Shown here in pieces: positions 51,811 to 64,000 of a stretch of DNA of 64,000 nt. This stretch comes from Lingula anatina (lineage: Eukaryota; Animalia; Brachiopoda), in contig CM120640.1 in the NCBI GenBank assembly GCA_051362555.1, forward strand, positions 14,012,001-14,076,000. Reading direction: 5' to 3'. How positions within the stretch are numbered: position 1 is the stretch's first letter; every line of letters starts with the position of its first letter. Below the pieces are notes generated by a model that was not told where the DNA came from, did not search any database, and worked only from the letters and a program-made list of their open reading frames with translations. The translations under genes were made by a program, and so were the position numbers.

Positions 51811-51934
51811 AACGTCACAGAGGGCTTATCTACGAGTCGTCAACTGTGACGACACAATATAAATGCGATATTCGACTTTGACGTCACGGTAAAAATTTAT
51901 GCTACGTGTTGCAACTGTGACGTCACAGTTGCAA
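51811..51934. promoter_or_regulatory. Cluster of CRE (TGACGTCA) motifs including a perfect 26-bp palindrome, upstream of the SPMIP4-like gene
   Basis: TGACGTCA at 51879-51886 and at the centre of TTGCAACTGTGACGTCACAGTTGCAA (51909-51934); near-matches AACGTCAC (51811) and TGACGACA (51847). Confidence 0.5.
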
Positions 51935-52468
51935 GTTTTAAAGGTTACAAAGTATCAACATCCATTTATCAGTGGTGTTGTAGAATATACACTAGATCTA
52001 CAGTTACTGGAATTCAAATATATTTCTAAAGAAGTATAATTCAATACTCATTTTTGTGTAGGCCTACTTTTTGAGATTAGTGTGATGTCAGTGTGATGAA
52101 AGAGTTGCCATTTTAGAGTTTGCCGCCGATAAACACACACTAAGTATTAGGTTGTTATAATGAGCAATTCTGAATAAATTGCAATGCATATGCAGTTATT
52201 TTTGATGAAGAAATTCCAATTCAGTAGGCCTACATCATACATGTTATCCATGAAAATATATTTGTAAATACGATGTTTTTGAATTCAGAAAATATAAAAT
52301 AACTTGTAAAATTGATGTCGAGGAAAATATTAAGGTGAATAGGTGGCAACAACTGCGTTTCTACATGTACTTGGAATACAAGAAAACCTTGGGTGATCAT
52401 TTGTACACTGCGTGCGTTCTCAGTTAAATCTTTCTTCCCCTTTTCTCGTCTCCACCCCCTGCCCCCAC

Positions 52469-52476
52469 CGCGCGCG

Positions 52477-52525
<49 letters not shown>

Positions 52526-52548
52526 ACACAGAGAGAGAGAGAGAGAGA
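52469..52548. repeat. (CG)n(CA)n(GA)n compound microsatellite
   Basis: Seen directly in the sequence. Confidence 0.92.
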
Positions 52549-55077
52549 CTTGCGATAGAGGTGAAACGTAAATAAGTTGGTATCCATCCTTTCCCCAGCA
52601 CATGAGGGTGTTCATGACGTATTTCATTAATGAGCGGTATTTTGTTTTTGGGTAGTTTAATCCAAGTAACTGGTTGCGCGTTGATGCCACATCTGGCTAA
52701 ATAAATTGACCTAAAAATCTAATCTGCTGTGTTCAAGTGAGCACGATCATTTCTCACTAGAAGTCAAAATGCCAGTTTTGAGATAGCTTTTGATAAAACC
52801 TCCCTTGGGAAGTGCGATTACCATAAACATGTTTGCATGACCATTTGCCATGTAATCACGAAATTAGATCACTGTCATTATCGCTTATAGTCTTCGTCTC
52901 ATATCTGCCTCACTATAAAATATCTGAATTTACTTTCTGAACACACAACGCACACGAAGCACCTTCAAATGATGAAAACACAAAAAAAAAAAATAAATAA
53001 ATAAATAAAATAAAAACTCCTGTGATTTTCCTGATAGAAACCCTAAGTAAATTTAAAATACCTTTCACACAGAGAAGTTAAAACGATGTGATTTTTATGG
53101 CTGTAGAAAGTTACTGTACTGTATAGTATAGTATGGTATAGTGGAGTCATACTTGAGCCGCGACTGCAGCAAGAGTAAACAAGTAATTCTCCATGCCACG
53201 ATCTCTGTCTCATTTACTGACTGAGAGTTGTTTTGTTCCAGGATTGAATTTTTATATTAAAAAAGAGAGAATGTAAGGACTTTGACATCTGAAAAATATC
53301 GACAACTGTCTGTCTGTCTGTCTGTCTGTCCATCTGTCCGTACTACTGTTTTTATGAAACGTGTGCCACAGGCATTCTCATGGTGCTAATATGTACTCGT
53401 TTCTCTGAATATCGAAAAATTGAACGGCAAAAATAGACTAATTGAACCATCTGAAGAGTATAAATCAAATTTGATATCGAACAATTTTGTAAAAGCTTCA
53501 TATGATGGGTCATTAGCCGGGCAATTTAACCCCCTTCCCACCAAAACACCGATAAAATTTGACTTACGAGTCATCGGGAGTACATTAGATGAAAAACAAA
53601 TGCAATAAAACCAATAACGACGACCATTGTCATACCGAAATTACTCGTCCCTTTTTAATTCTGAAACCACGAATATTGGTGCCAGCGATTTCTAATTCCT
53701 AACATCAATGACCTTTTCTTACCACTGAAGTCGACAGTTTGAATATCTATTTCAATTCAAACGCTTAAGACTCGCGGACGCCTTTGTGATTTCATTATGA
53801 AGACATAGTGGCAGTATTAAAGATAACCTTAAGGAAAAAATTATCCGAAACTAAGTACGTATCCTAATAACGCGGCGCCTGATGTTTTACGACGTGAGTT
53901 ATGTAATGGAGAAAATTTCCATCAAACTAAGAAATGATACATTGCAATAAGTTGATATTGAATGCAGGTTGCTTTCTCCAATTCCATGATAAAGAGAATG
54001 GATGATATAATATCTTTGTGCTGCAGTATGTGTGACTTCCGACACTCCTCATTTCACCGAAAGTAAGTAGGCATACCTGTTATAGTATCTGGTGGGGGCG
54101 GTTGAGACAAATAGCTATTTACTATGGAATCACACAGGACAGTCAAACCACATTTATCGATCGTGATATTCCGGGAAAAGCAACAGCCAATTTGTTCACC
54201 AAAGGCAAAGGAAATTGATCTATGATTTATCATCAATATTGTTGGGCAATGTATTTTTAAGAAAGCCGGTATTTCTTCCGTTATTAGGACATTACAGCGG
54301 TTGTTCATCCGCAAATAGTTTCAAAACATCTAACGCTATTATAATTCGTTGGTCCTGACACTAAGAAGAACATAACTGCCTCAATCTTAACCAGAATGTC
54401 TGGCAAGACAGAATTCTGTGGGAGAGAGCAAGAGATAGTGTGTTTGGAATATGCCTACATGTGTGTTTTATCCGCTAATACTTAAGATTGTATAATTATA
54501 TTATTATTTGATTATAGCATTTTTGATTTCATCATCGAGGCACATTGCCTTAATGTATGGTGATTTCAATCATTATTGACAACAATACTATCATCAAATA
54601 TTTTCAAATCTTTTGACCAATTTAACTTTATTATCCAAAGCAAATGGGGTATATTTAATAGATACAGAAATTGCGCAACAAACTGAAGTGTAGAATAAAT
54701 ATGATTCTGATCGTCGTAAAATTTATCTACTGTATGCATATCTTTTGGCGAAAGCACGAACTATATTTGCATGTTTGGGCAATGCATACCCATCAAATTG
54801 TATAAAGTACCGTGATGTATAATTCATAGAGAAAGAGAAGAGAAAGTGTGGTAAAATGGATTTTTTTTTTTTGCTATTTAAAACAAATCCACAACAGTTT
54901 GCTGATTGATATTTTAGATTCAGAATTCACCAGTTGTTCAAGGCTTCGTTTTTTCTGTTGCTTCCTCCAGAAACCACACTAATGTATAGACAAATCTTTA
55001 AAATAGGAATAAAGATGACACGCAAACACTTCGAATCCGAAATAAGTGGTACTTGACGGCCCCATGCCCAATTAACA

Positions 55078-55083
55078 TTTATT
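55078..55083 (-). terminator. Candidate polyadenylation signal of the knottin gene
   Basis: AATAAA on the minus strand about 470 nt after the stop codon. Confidence 0.35.
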
Positions 55084-55554
55084 ATGCATGGCTCGCACTC
55101 TATGCTGAATTAAGCATGTGCCTACTTAATTCGTCTATGTGAGTACTTTGAACTATGTCATAAAACCCTGTATTAAATTCTCACTCCAGGAATAAACATA
55201 TCAAACGATATCTCCAACAAGGATGTATCCTATTAAATCTAATGGAATGTTGTCGAATATTGTTTAGTGAAGTCAAAATATCGATGTTCCAGATAAATAT
55301 CTCAGAAACTGCTGAAACATGCCCAATTACATATTTTCTAGACTATCCGTGATAATCATCAAAAGTCTATTTCCTGCATCCTTTGCCTTGCACGCGTCCA
55401 GTTTCCAATGTATGCACAGCGTGCCGTATCTCATAGTAAGAGGTGATATCAAGTAAAGAAACGGAAACTGCTTCTAGTAAGTTGGCAACAGACGGAAGTA
55501 ACGTGGGGTTCCTGAGGCCTGCGTCTTCCTGACAACCGCCGGAGCAAGATCTGT

Positions 55555-58500
55555 CTATTTGACGAACAGTTTGACGGAACACCGGCAGTAGTTGCTGAAC
55601 CAGAAGAAACACCTACAATTGAAGCCGTCGCAGCACCTTGAACTGGGTGTGTTGCTGTTCAAGGCGCAAACTTCATTGGCACCTCGGCAACGGGTTTTTG
55701 GTCTGAAACAGATAGAAAAAGACTCCCCAATTAAGAGTGTTTTCACTTGTCTTACAGTCATGGATCTACCTAATTTAAATGATTTGATGTTATTCATAAG
55801 GGAACTGGTTATACCTGGCCATGGTCACTAACATTATAAAAACTCATTTTGTAGAAAGGCCCTATGTAGCCTACCGTCTATATTATCAATTACTAAGTTT
55901 GTATATAAATCATTCTACAAACGACAGAATAGTAAGGTACATGTACGTTATACCATGTATTTCTTGCTGTCTCCTCCATCCCAGTGTACCACAAACTTTC
56001 ATGGTCCTATTCACAACAAGAAGGAAGGCAACAAAGAATATTGGTTGTTCGAGATTTGGCCAAACAAGGCTGCTTTTATCATATAACCCCACTATTCTAA
56101 TCATTTTAACAATGTAACAAATTGTTGCCTGTATTAAATGTTATGCCCTGACAGTGGATAAATATATACATCACATATTCAAGACAACTCATCATCCTAA
56201 AAAGTATGATGCAATGAGTCAGCAAAAGTTATTATTTATAAGCAATTTTGCACAAACTCGTTTGTGGGATTGCAAATACTGAACTTAGATCTGCCAAATG
56301 CTCCAGGGCAAATAGCATTGTCAGTGTCTGTCAGTGTATAGTTAAATAACATTCAAGCAGGTACGAATGAAAATGCTGCGTGACACTGCCTCAAAGGACT
56401 GCCACACAACATCAACATAAAAGATATGACCGGTATAACGTGGCAGAGAGTCCCCCATGATAGAGAGTCCGCCTCCCATTCATTTGTACAGGTCAGCCTC
56501 GCCCTAGATTTTGACCCACTTAGGTCAGGCTAACCCTAACCATTATAACTATATGGAGGGCGGACTTTCTGTTACACGGACCCCCGGTTTCGTTACACCG
56601 GCAAGAGGGTTCCTTTCATGAAAATGTGGAATTTTTTATCCCCCTAGTTGACCCACCTTGAGAAATGGCTAAGAAACAAGATGAAATTTTGATTTACAGC
56701 GGGCATAATCAGGAGCGAACTGTTGAATGTTGAACTAGTCAAGTCACTACACGCCGTCTCTTAGCTTATAACATTAAGAACTATTGACATGTGCCTGAGT
56801 AAATTGTTTCGATGTATTTTTTCGCAAAACGGAAAGAAATTTTGTACCTACAATGCCACTGGGATGTAAATCATGCCTTATATATCTGAGCGTAATGGTT
56901 TTTTTGATTTTCCAGACACGTATTGCACTTTGTCTTATCCAGTAAAACATGGCATGGCAATCAATTCAGTTATACCCATGAGGGCACATGTACTACTGAT
57001 AAAAAGATGTTCTGATTTATACGGAGGCCTACCAAACCAAATTGGACCTACACTGTACTGATTATTACACAAAGTCAGTCTACTACTTCTTCCTTTAGGC
57101 GAAGCTAATACCCCTTCTTGGCAAACAACTTTTTAGCTGTAAGAGGTAATCTCATCAGCTTCACATGAGTTAAACTTAATTAGAATGTAAGAAAAAGCAT
57201 TAAATCTTTAACAACAATGCCGACTGGGAGGGTTCTTTGAGTTAAAAAGGTCGCCCACTTCCAACCGCACTTCGTCAGAAACGGTCCGTCTAGCCATTTT
57301 TAATCCAAACCTTACATTTGGTACTAAACTTCAACTTTCACAACTGTGACACAGCAAATAACAATCGAGTCGCAAAATCGCGTACAAAAGACCCTCAGAC
57401 TTCGAAACTCATTTTATCAACATTTTTAGAATCTGTTCTTCACCAAATTCCTGGCTACGGTACTGGCAAAGAAACGATGCCAATAGAATGAAAGTTGCCG
57501 AAGCGCATTAATGTACACAATTTGTTGTAGGTGCTTACTGCTGTTTTATCCACACGATCCATTCAGTTGACCAAGTGACTGATTTATTGGTTTACTGTGA
57601 GCATTGTGAAGGTTTGGTAAAAGATGCCAATCGGAATGGATTGGAGAGGTTTAGACTGTCGCATTTAATTGTGCTGAAATTTTTACCATTTACTGATCGA
57701 GGATTGGCTCTACTTCGAAGAAACCATCTTAGTTTCATGTACAGAGCTTTCTTTTCCTTGGTTTGTCTAAATAGGTTCCGTTATTTTGATATTGGCCATG
57801 TTACTTGGAAGTCACCTTGGACAGTCACAGCAGTGAAATCACATGTGTAATATCTTGTATTTAGAAATAAATGGGTTATTGTCAGGTTTACCTTAAGTCC
57901 AACACGATAAAACTGTAACGGGCAACAATTGCGCTTCAGGAGCCACAATGCCTTGTTGTCTTACAAGAAATGTATAAGAAATGTGGCCTTGGAACTTTTA
58001 AAGGCAATGAGTCAAACAGTGAAAAAGGTGTAATCCATTTTAACCTAAAAACATCTGTTTTGCCGTTTACTTTATGAATGAGACAAAACACAGGTGTCGT
58101 AGTATCATCAGGGCCAAATTTTAACAAACACAGAATTGCACTGCATGTGGGCACTGTTATTAAATTACTGTCTTAAAGCGTGTCAAATATGGTTTCCAGT
58201 TCATCAATTCACTTCATTGCGATAATGGAGAATTCTAGTCCAATAAGTTGTTTCTTCACAAGCTGATTTTTTTTCATAAAAGATTGGCAATTACGTTCAT
58301 GCCGTTTATCTTGCCCTTTTAATTTTGAATTAAGTAAATGTTTTTGATTGGGCATGGAAAACGTGATGACTTATATTTACGTTAAAGATCACAAAGTAAG
58401 GCACACCTTCCCACGAAGGCAAGAAAGGCTTACTCACCGGTTGTATCGATATTTGTATTTAGAATAACGGTTATAGTATCCTCGGTTGGACTGGACTGGA

Positions 58501-60490
58501 TAAAAGCTGCTAAGACCTAGAAATATATTGAGAACAAATGAAAATACACCATAGCAATATTCCGCAAAACATGTTGCACGATTCATTCAAAAAGTCGTTT
58601 TAGTATCTATCTGTATGAAACCAAGCCTTCTAAATGAAAGTAAACTGACAAGGAAGTTAACACGACGTATATGTTAACATGTGCTTATTTCTACAAAACT
58701 ATAATGGGAATGAGTGACAACCACTGGTAATCTGAGAACTATATTGGTAATCTGAGAACTAGATTGACGTTAAGATTTATAAAAATAGACCCCCGAGTCA
58801 TGTTAATTAACATCTATATTGAGACATAGCATCCGAGCGAAAAACGAGCGAGTTCTCAAAGAAAATCTACAATGAACGAAATTGGATACGTTGCACGATT
58901 CATTCATAATAAAGCTATCGTAGGCATACTTGGTTTCACTTACGTTTCGACATTTCAATACTTGGTCATTAGTCACAGTACGTACGTCAATTATGTATAC
59001 ATGTGTTAACTGCCAAAAACAAGAAGGATTTTTCAGTTAGATAAAATAAAAATGGACATCTATTCATCATGTCTAGTGGAACCGTTCACTGACATTGTTC
59101 GTTTGAGTCATAATTCATTTTTATGCTTCCTATACTGCGGTTTATTTTTACAGTTTGCTCGTGGTTACGCAGTTACGGGATGAACAACAAAGTGATTAGA
59201 ATTAAGCACCATTGGCGTCGATGTTCTATTGATTGCGTAGTAGACGAGGTCTGTCCACTCAGATAACTTGTCTCCTAACCCTCTGGGGTATTCTTCACAA
59301 TGCAATGTCCTAATTGAATGACCAGTTGGGAATGAGAACCGGAAGGCATCTTTAACTTTAGATTTGTCATCATAACGCAGACATGCGCCGCCGAAAGGAC
59401 AAATGGTAAATTATTGACGAACTACTTTAACGGTTCATTTGCAGCGCCTTGTGATGTGATGTAACAATTCTTTTTTTGTCTCACTATTAATTCAATCTTC
59501 CCATATTATGCTGAACAGTGTTTGGCAGCGTGGGAAAGATGTGGCATTACCATACAAATTGGTATTAAAGGGGCAATTGCTAAGGTTTCCTAAACTGTTT
59601 TTCAACTTCCTACTTTGTCTAGCTCATATGCAGACAATTGATGGCTCCACTGAAATAAAACAAAGGATATTCATCGAATCATTTAAGGCCACTGCATGAG
59701 TGCTTAACAAGGGAAAATTGACCAGTGGGCAAATAAGATATTCAGAGAGGAGATTTCGCAATGCACAAATATGGCATTGATTGTGAGACAAATATGGGTA
59801 GATATTAATTTGTCAAAGCAGAATGCAGGCTGAGATTTTGCAAGTGGAGTTTGGAATATGCCTTTCCTTAAGAGATTTTAGACACACGTCGTTCCAATGG
59901 CTATTGATAAGTAAGCAACAAATGGCCAGCTTGGTTTGCCTTATTAGTGTTTGTTTTGATGCTTCATAATATTGGCAAGAAGGTAACTTCCTCTGGGGCC
60001 TATGCTAATCCTATTTATGTATACATGCACACCATTTGCTTGTGTCACGCTACAAGAATAATTGAAAATAATTGGAAATGAAATAATTAGAAATATAAAT
60101 AAATAAAATAAGATTAAAAAAACTGATGCAAAGGCAAGTATGCCATAAAACCCATGAAAACTGTTAGGCTTTATAATAACACCCAATCGTATGTCAAGTT
60201 TGGTCAGATAAAAACATATCTTTCAAATATTTTAATCCTCAAAATATCTTTCTGAATGTCCGGTGTAAGTTTGAGAAGGCAGATACCAAAATTGCCACTG
60301 ATTTTTATGTAAAAGTAGGGTCCTATGTTATGGCGAAAATTTTGAAACGTCAATTGTCCCCTTCGATAACTTCAGTCAAAAGTGAAACTCGTATCTCACC
60401 TCTGAATCTGTCGTCTGCCCCAGCGAAGGTTTCCGTCACTTCACTGACCAACAATGCAGACAGTATCACAGCTAATAAGAAGTGTCTCAT
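55555..60490 (-). CDS. Secreted 8-cysteine inhibitor-cystine-knot precursor (agatoxin-like peptide / agouti-like), 105 aa, 3 coding exons
   Basis: Exons (minus strand): 60490-60400, 58516-58438, 55702-55555, with canonical GT-AG sites and matching phases (1, 2). Translation: MRHFLLAVILSALLVSEVTETFAGADDRFRGLSSFYPVQSNRGYYNRYSKYKYRYNRPKTRCRGANEVCALNSNTPSSRCCDGFNCRCFFWFSNYCRCSVKLFVK*. Hydrophobic signal peptide plus C-x6-C-x10-CC-x4-C-x-C-x7-C-x-C framework. Confidence 0.82.
56430..56601. mobile_element. MITE in a knottin gene intron
   Basis: TIR CCGGTATAACG / CGTTACACCGG; inner inverted repeat AGAGAGTCCGCCTCC / GGAGGGCGGACTTTCT; central TAACCCTAACC motif. Confidence 0.65.
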
Positions 60491-60914
60491 GGTTATCTGA
60501 AAAAGAAATGATACGCCGTATTAGTGGTGCATTTCATTACAATGGCGTGGTATCGTGCCATTTAAAATCAGACGATACTGAGAAAATATCATTGTTGCTG
60601 GCAAGATTTTAATCGTGTGCTTCTACAGTGAAGACTTTCATTAAGTTTTCAAATAAATGCCCAGTAAAAGGGCTTATATTACCTGGTAAAACTCATGTAT
60701 AGAAACATAAATCAAAAACACATTAAATTAAATTTGTATACCGCAGACATCCAGAGATGTATATATACATACATATCTTGCAAATACTTACATCACGTCT
60801 TAAATATATTCAAAATATTTACAAAACACGCGTATAAATCGCATGTACATGTGCAGCATATATCTAATCGTGAACTGACACTGCTAGCTAATGTGGCAAC
60901 GGTGAAACACAGCC

Positions 60915-60926
60915 CTTTTATATATA
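60915..60926 (-). promoter_or_regulatory. Candidate TATA box of the knottin gene
   Basis: Minus strand reads TATATATAAAAG. An acceptor precedes the ATG exon (exon starts 60496) and a CAG|GTAATA donor lies at 60682, consistent with a non-coding first exon at about 60683-60890. Confidence 0.45.
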
Positions 60927-61485
60927 CACGATCGCGCATGTGATCAGCGACGTATGCTCTCTACCAATACGCATTGATCAAATGGTAGCCTTTTTATTAT
61001 CCGAATTACGACTGAAACTTGTAACAGCTATGAGGTAATTAACCCCACCCGATGTGGAAATTAACAGTGGGCTGGAGGTTAAGTAAACCAGGAAACTGAC
61101 CGATTCCTATCTCATTGAGAGACTAACGCATTTTTAATAGCTTAGTATGGTTGAAAACTTACGAGAAAAACCTATAGAACTTGAATACCTGGCACGATGA
61201 AGAGTGACATGATACTGATCATACCAACTTGTGCTTCAACAACTTGGGTTATGAGAGGTGTACAAGTTGCAAACTTAAAATTCAATTCATTTGAAAACTC
61301 GTGAGTTAACCAAATCTCGAGGGGATGAAAATAATTGATAGGAAACTTTTTAAAAATATTTTTAAGGTCTGTCTAGCTGGGGTTGTTTCCAAATAATCAC
61401 CAACAATATAATGTCCTCCTGTATGGTATAGCTGAAAGAATACATTCTGAACAACATGTGACAATACCGAACGGTTTTGCCACGT

Positions 61486-61686
61486 GGCGCATTCAGATTT
61501 ACACATCGTACCAGACGGGTCGGTCCAACTCTGGAATCAGCTTATTCAGTTCACATTAGTTATCCCTAGCTGCTCGAGGGTGGCGTGTCAGGCAATAAGT
61601 CTGATTCCACTGATTGCATTTTAGCGAGAATACCCTGCAGAGTTGGACCGACCCAGCTAGTGCGATGTGTGCATCTGAATGTGGTC
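61486..61686. mobile_element. MITE with about 44-bp TIRs and a nested inner inverted repeat
   Basis: CATTCAGATTTACACATCGTACCAGACGGGTCGGTCCAACTCTG pairs with CAGAGTTGGACCGACCCAGCTAGTGCGATGTGTGCATCTGAATG; inner GGAATCAGCTTATT / AATAAGTCTGATTCC. Confidence 0.75.
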
Positions 61687-64000
61687 ATAGAGACTTATGC
61701 ACGCACATTCCTGTGCACACATCCTCAATCACAAACCTGTGAACATGCGTAGACACGAATGCACATATGTGCAAACACAGATGTACCGCTTACAAACCCA
61801 TTCAAAAGTGGTCAGGTCTAAAATAAAAAATTAACGTAGGGGAACACAAATCTCCAACAATCCGTAAGAGAGTAGGTTTATCTGCCAGCCCACAGAGCTT
61901 CCTCGTTCTGTTCACAGCCATTTGTAAGCAATTTAGACTGATGATTAGACCGCACTGTGGCCAAGAGCCAATAAACCTACATAGGTCTACCTCATCCACC
62001 TTCATGACAGTCGGAAGAGGATTGAAATTAATATATTGATCTATGAAAACAGAAAATGGAGTTAACGTGATCCTGAAATTACGCATACTTTGCCATTTCA
62101 TTAATAATGATGGCTTTAGGGCCAAGGGAATGCGTATGTATGGCTGGTTGGCGGAGATGTTATACGTGGGCAGGTTTATGTTTTACCCCCAAGATTGCAG
62201 ACATTTTCTGCTTTGATTGAACCACCTCAAATCAGATATCGATTCTTGACAAGATAGCATTTGTCAATTTTTTGTTGCTTACAGAATGAATTACGTGACT
62301 TTAAAACTGATTCCTCGATTAAGTCTTAATTTTGTAAGTGACATCGACACCATCGCCCATTATTCACAACGCCCGCACAAATGCCCCAGGCTCACCATTG
62401 AATTTCGTCTGATGACGAACTTGTTCTTCTCTTGAGCTTCATTGTATCCATTAAACCGGTTAGATGAAACGAAATCGCTCATCATGGTTAGTTTTAAGCG
62501 TGTCTGTACCACTGCTTTCAAGATTAATTAATTCTAAGAATCGCATGGACATCAAAAATCATAACTAACCTTCAGTGGACTGACGCAAAACATAGATTCG
62601 CCATTTGTTTCAACAATGCCAACAAAAGTAACACGAATGAACAATAATTCTTGCAATTGCTTTATTGCAATAGTTGGCCGTTTGGTTATTCTATGTTAGA
62701 CTTCAATAGGGGCCGTGTCAAAGACAGACATCAAAGAAAACTCATTGGAGGAATGGACGCATTTCAAAAGGTTGACAAATTATAAGAACACAGATGACAA
62801 ATGCAACACACGGATAAATGAGTTTTGAATATAAAAAATAGTAAACATGAATGGTAAAGCAATGAAATAGCGAGCCCAAATTACTGGACGTAATTCAATG
62901 GACGATTATTGATGTTTGGATAATTTATAGACCCTGCATTTGGGAAAATTGACAAATTATTATCAGTCAAATTATAGACACACATTCGCGTTTCAATAAC
63001 ATTAACCTGGTAAGTTGACGTAATTAATTATAGCAATTTGTTATTCTCACCAAAAGCTGCCAATGCAAGTATGTATAATCCCGAAACTTATAGCGAACGT
63101 AATTGGGCTATAAAAGATCAATTTGACTTACAACTGAGATAAAAGAACCATAATTATTAATTCTGGTTCCAAGCACAAAACCGATAAACTAGGACGACAG
63201 TTATAATCTGATAACCATATTTCTTGGTGCTCTGAGAACTGTATAACAGACACATAAGTCTGTCCTAGTGCATTTTGGATGATTTACAGTATGGGTTCAT
63301 GCAAAAACCCTTATTTCTCCTCTTCTTACTTATCGGAGAGAGTTAGGCTGTACAATGACTTTTGATATACTCTGTACATAATCTACTTTCGACGTTTGGA
63401 AGGCAGCCAATGGACTTAAAGAATGGATCAGACAGGAACCAAATAATTAGGAATAAGAATGTGTACATAACAACTTTTAACAAGTTATTCTACGAATTGT
63501 AATTCTGTCCTATGCACTAATTATTGACATGTTATTTAGAAAAAAAGAAAAAGAAATCATCACACAGAGTTCTTCAAATGAGGCATTCGTTTGTCAAATC
63601 CAACGTGCGCAATGCTGTCTGAAACAAATCTTTCATTTAACAAAACTTCCCCTTGATTTTGTAAACTGCTGTTTTATTGTTAGTTTAAACTTGCGGAATA
63701 ACTTCAAACCTGATAAAAATGTAACTGTTTTTCTTGCGAAAACAAACAGACCTCAAGATGCAAATGAAATCAGTTAATAAAGGGCACGGGTTTTTACAAA
63801 CCCTGTCCAGGTGGAGAAGTCATATAAATACAGATATAAACAAAGAAAACTAAAACATGTAACAGAATAGAAAAAGACCACATACTTCTTGTTAACGCCG
63901 TTTCGAAAACACCAACAACTAGATTTATATTATTAAATTAAGTAGATTTTACTAATGATCGGGAAAGGGGATAATTTCCAACACGTGGATCAATACGGTG

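Noticed and set aside
54442-59863. GTTTGGAATATGCCT repeated at 54442 and 59849
   Set aside because: Same orientation with no matching opposite ends found; probably fragments of an interspersed repeat.

Overview
AT-rich genomic DNA from an invertebrate animal with spliceosomal genes; the repeat style suggests a marine lophotrochozoan or invertebrate deuterostome (inference). Four spliced protein-coding genes can be reconstructed by hand. (1) MORC2 GHKL-ATPase/CW gene, + strand, 28 coding exons at 2300-27921, with the first exon not found in the window. (2) Tbx6/16-type T-box gene, - strand, 7 exons at 42057-29781, tail-to-tail with MORC2. (3) A shortened C7orf31/SPMIP4-like sperm/ciliary microtubule protein gene, - strand, 5 exons at 51175-48067, downstream of a CRE-palindrome cluster. 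(4) A small secreted 8-Cys knottin (agatoxin-like/agouti-like) precursor, - strand, 3 coding exons at 60490-55555, with an unusual Tyr/Lys/Arg-rich linker. MORC2 introns hold a Penelope relic and a PIF/Harbinger relic into which a Helentron-type element with a 161-bp tandem array has inserted. Three introns use the same non-canonical AG|GCAAGT donor. CpG content changes sharply at the MORC2/Tbx6 junction. All homology calls are from recognition of motifs, not from database searches.
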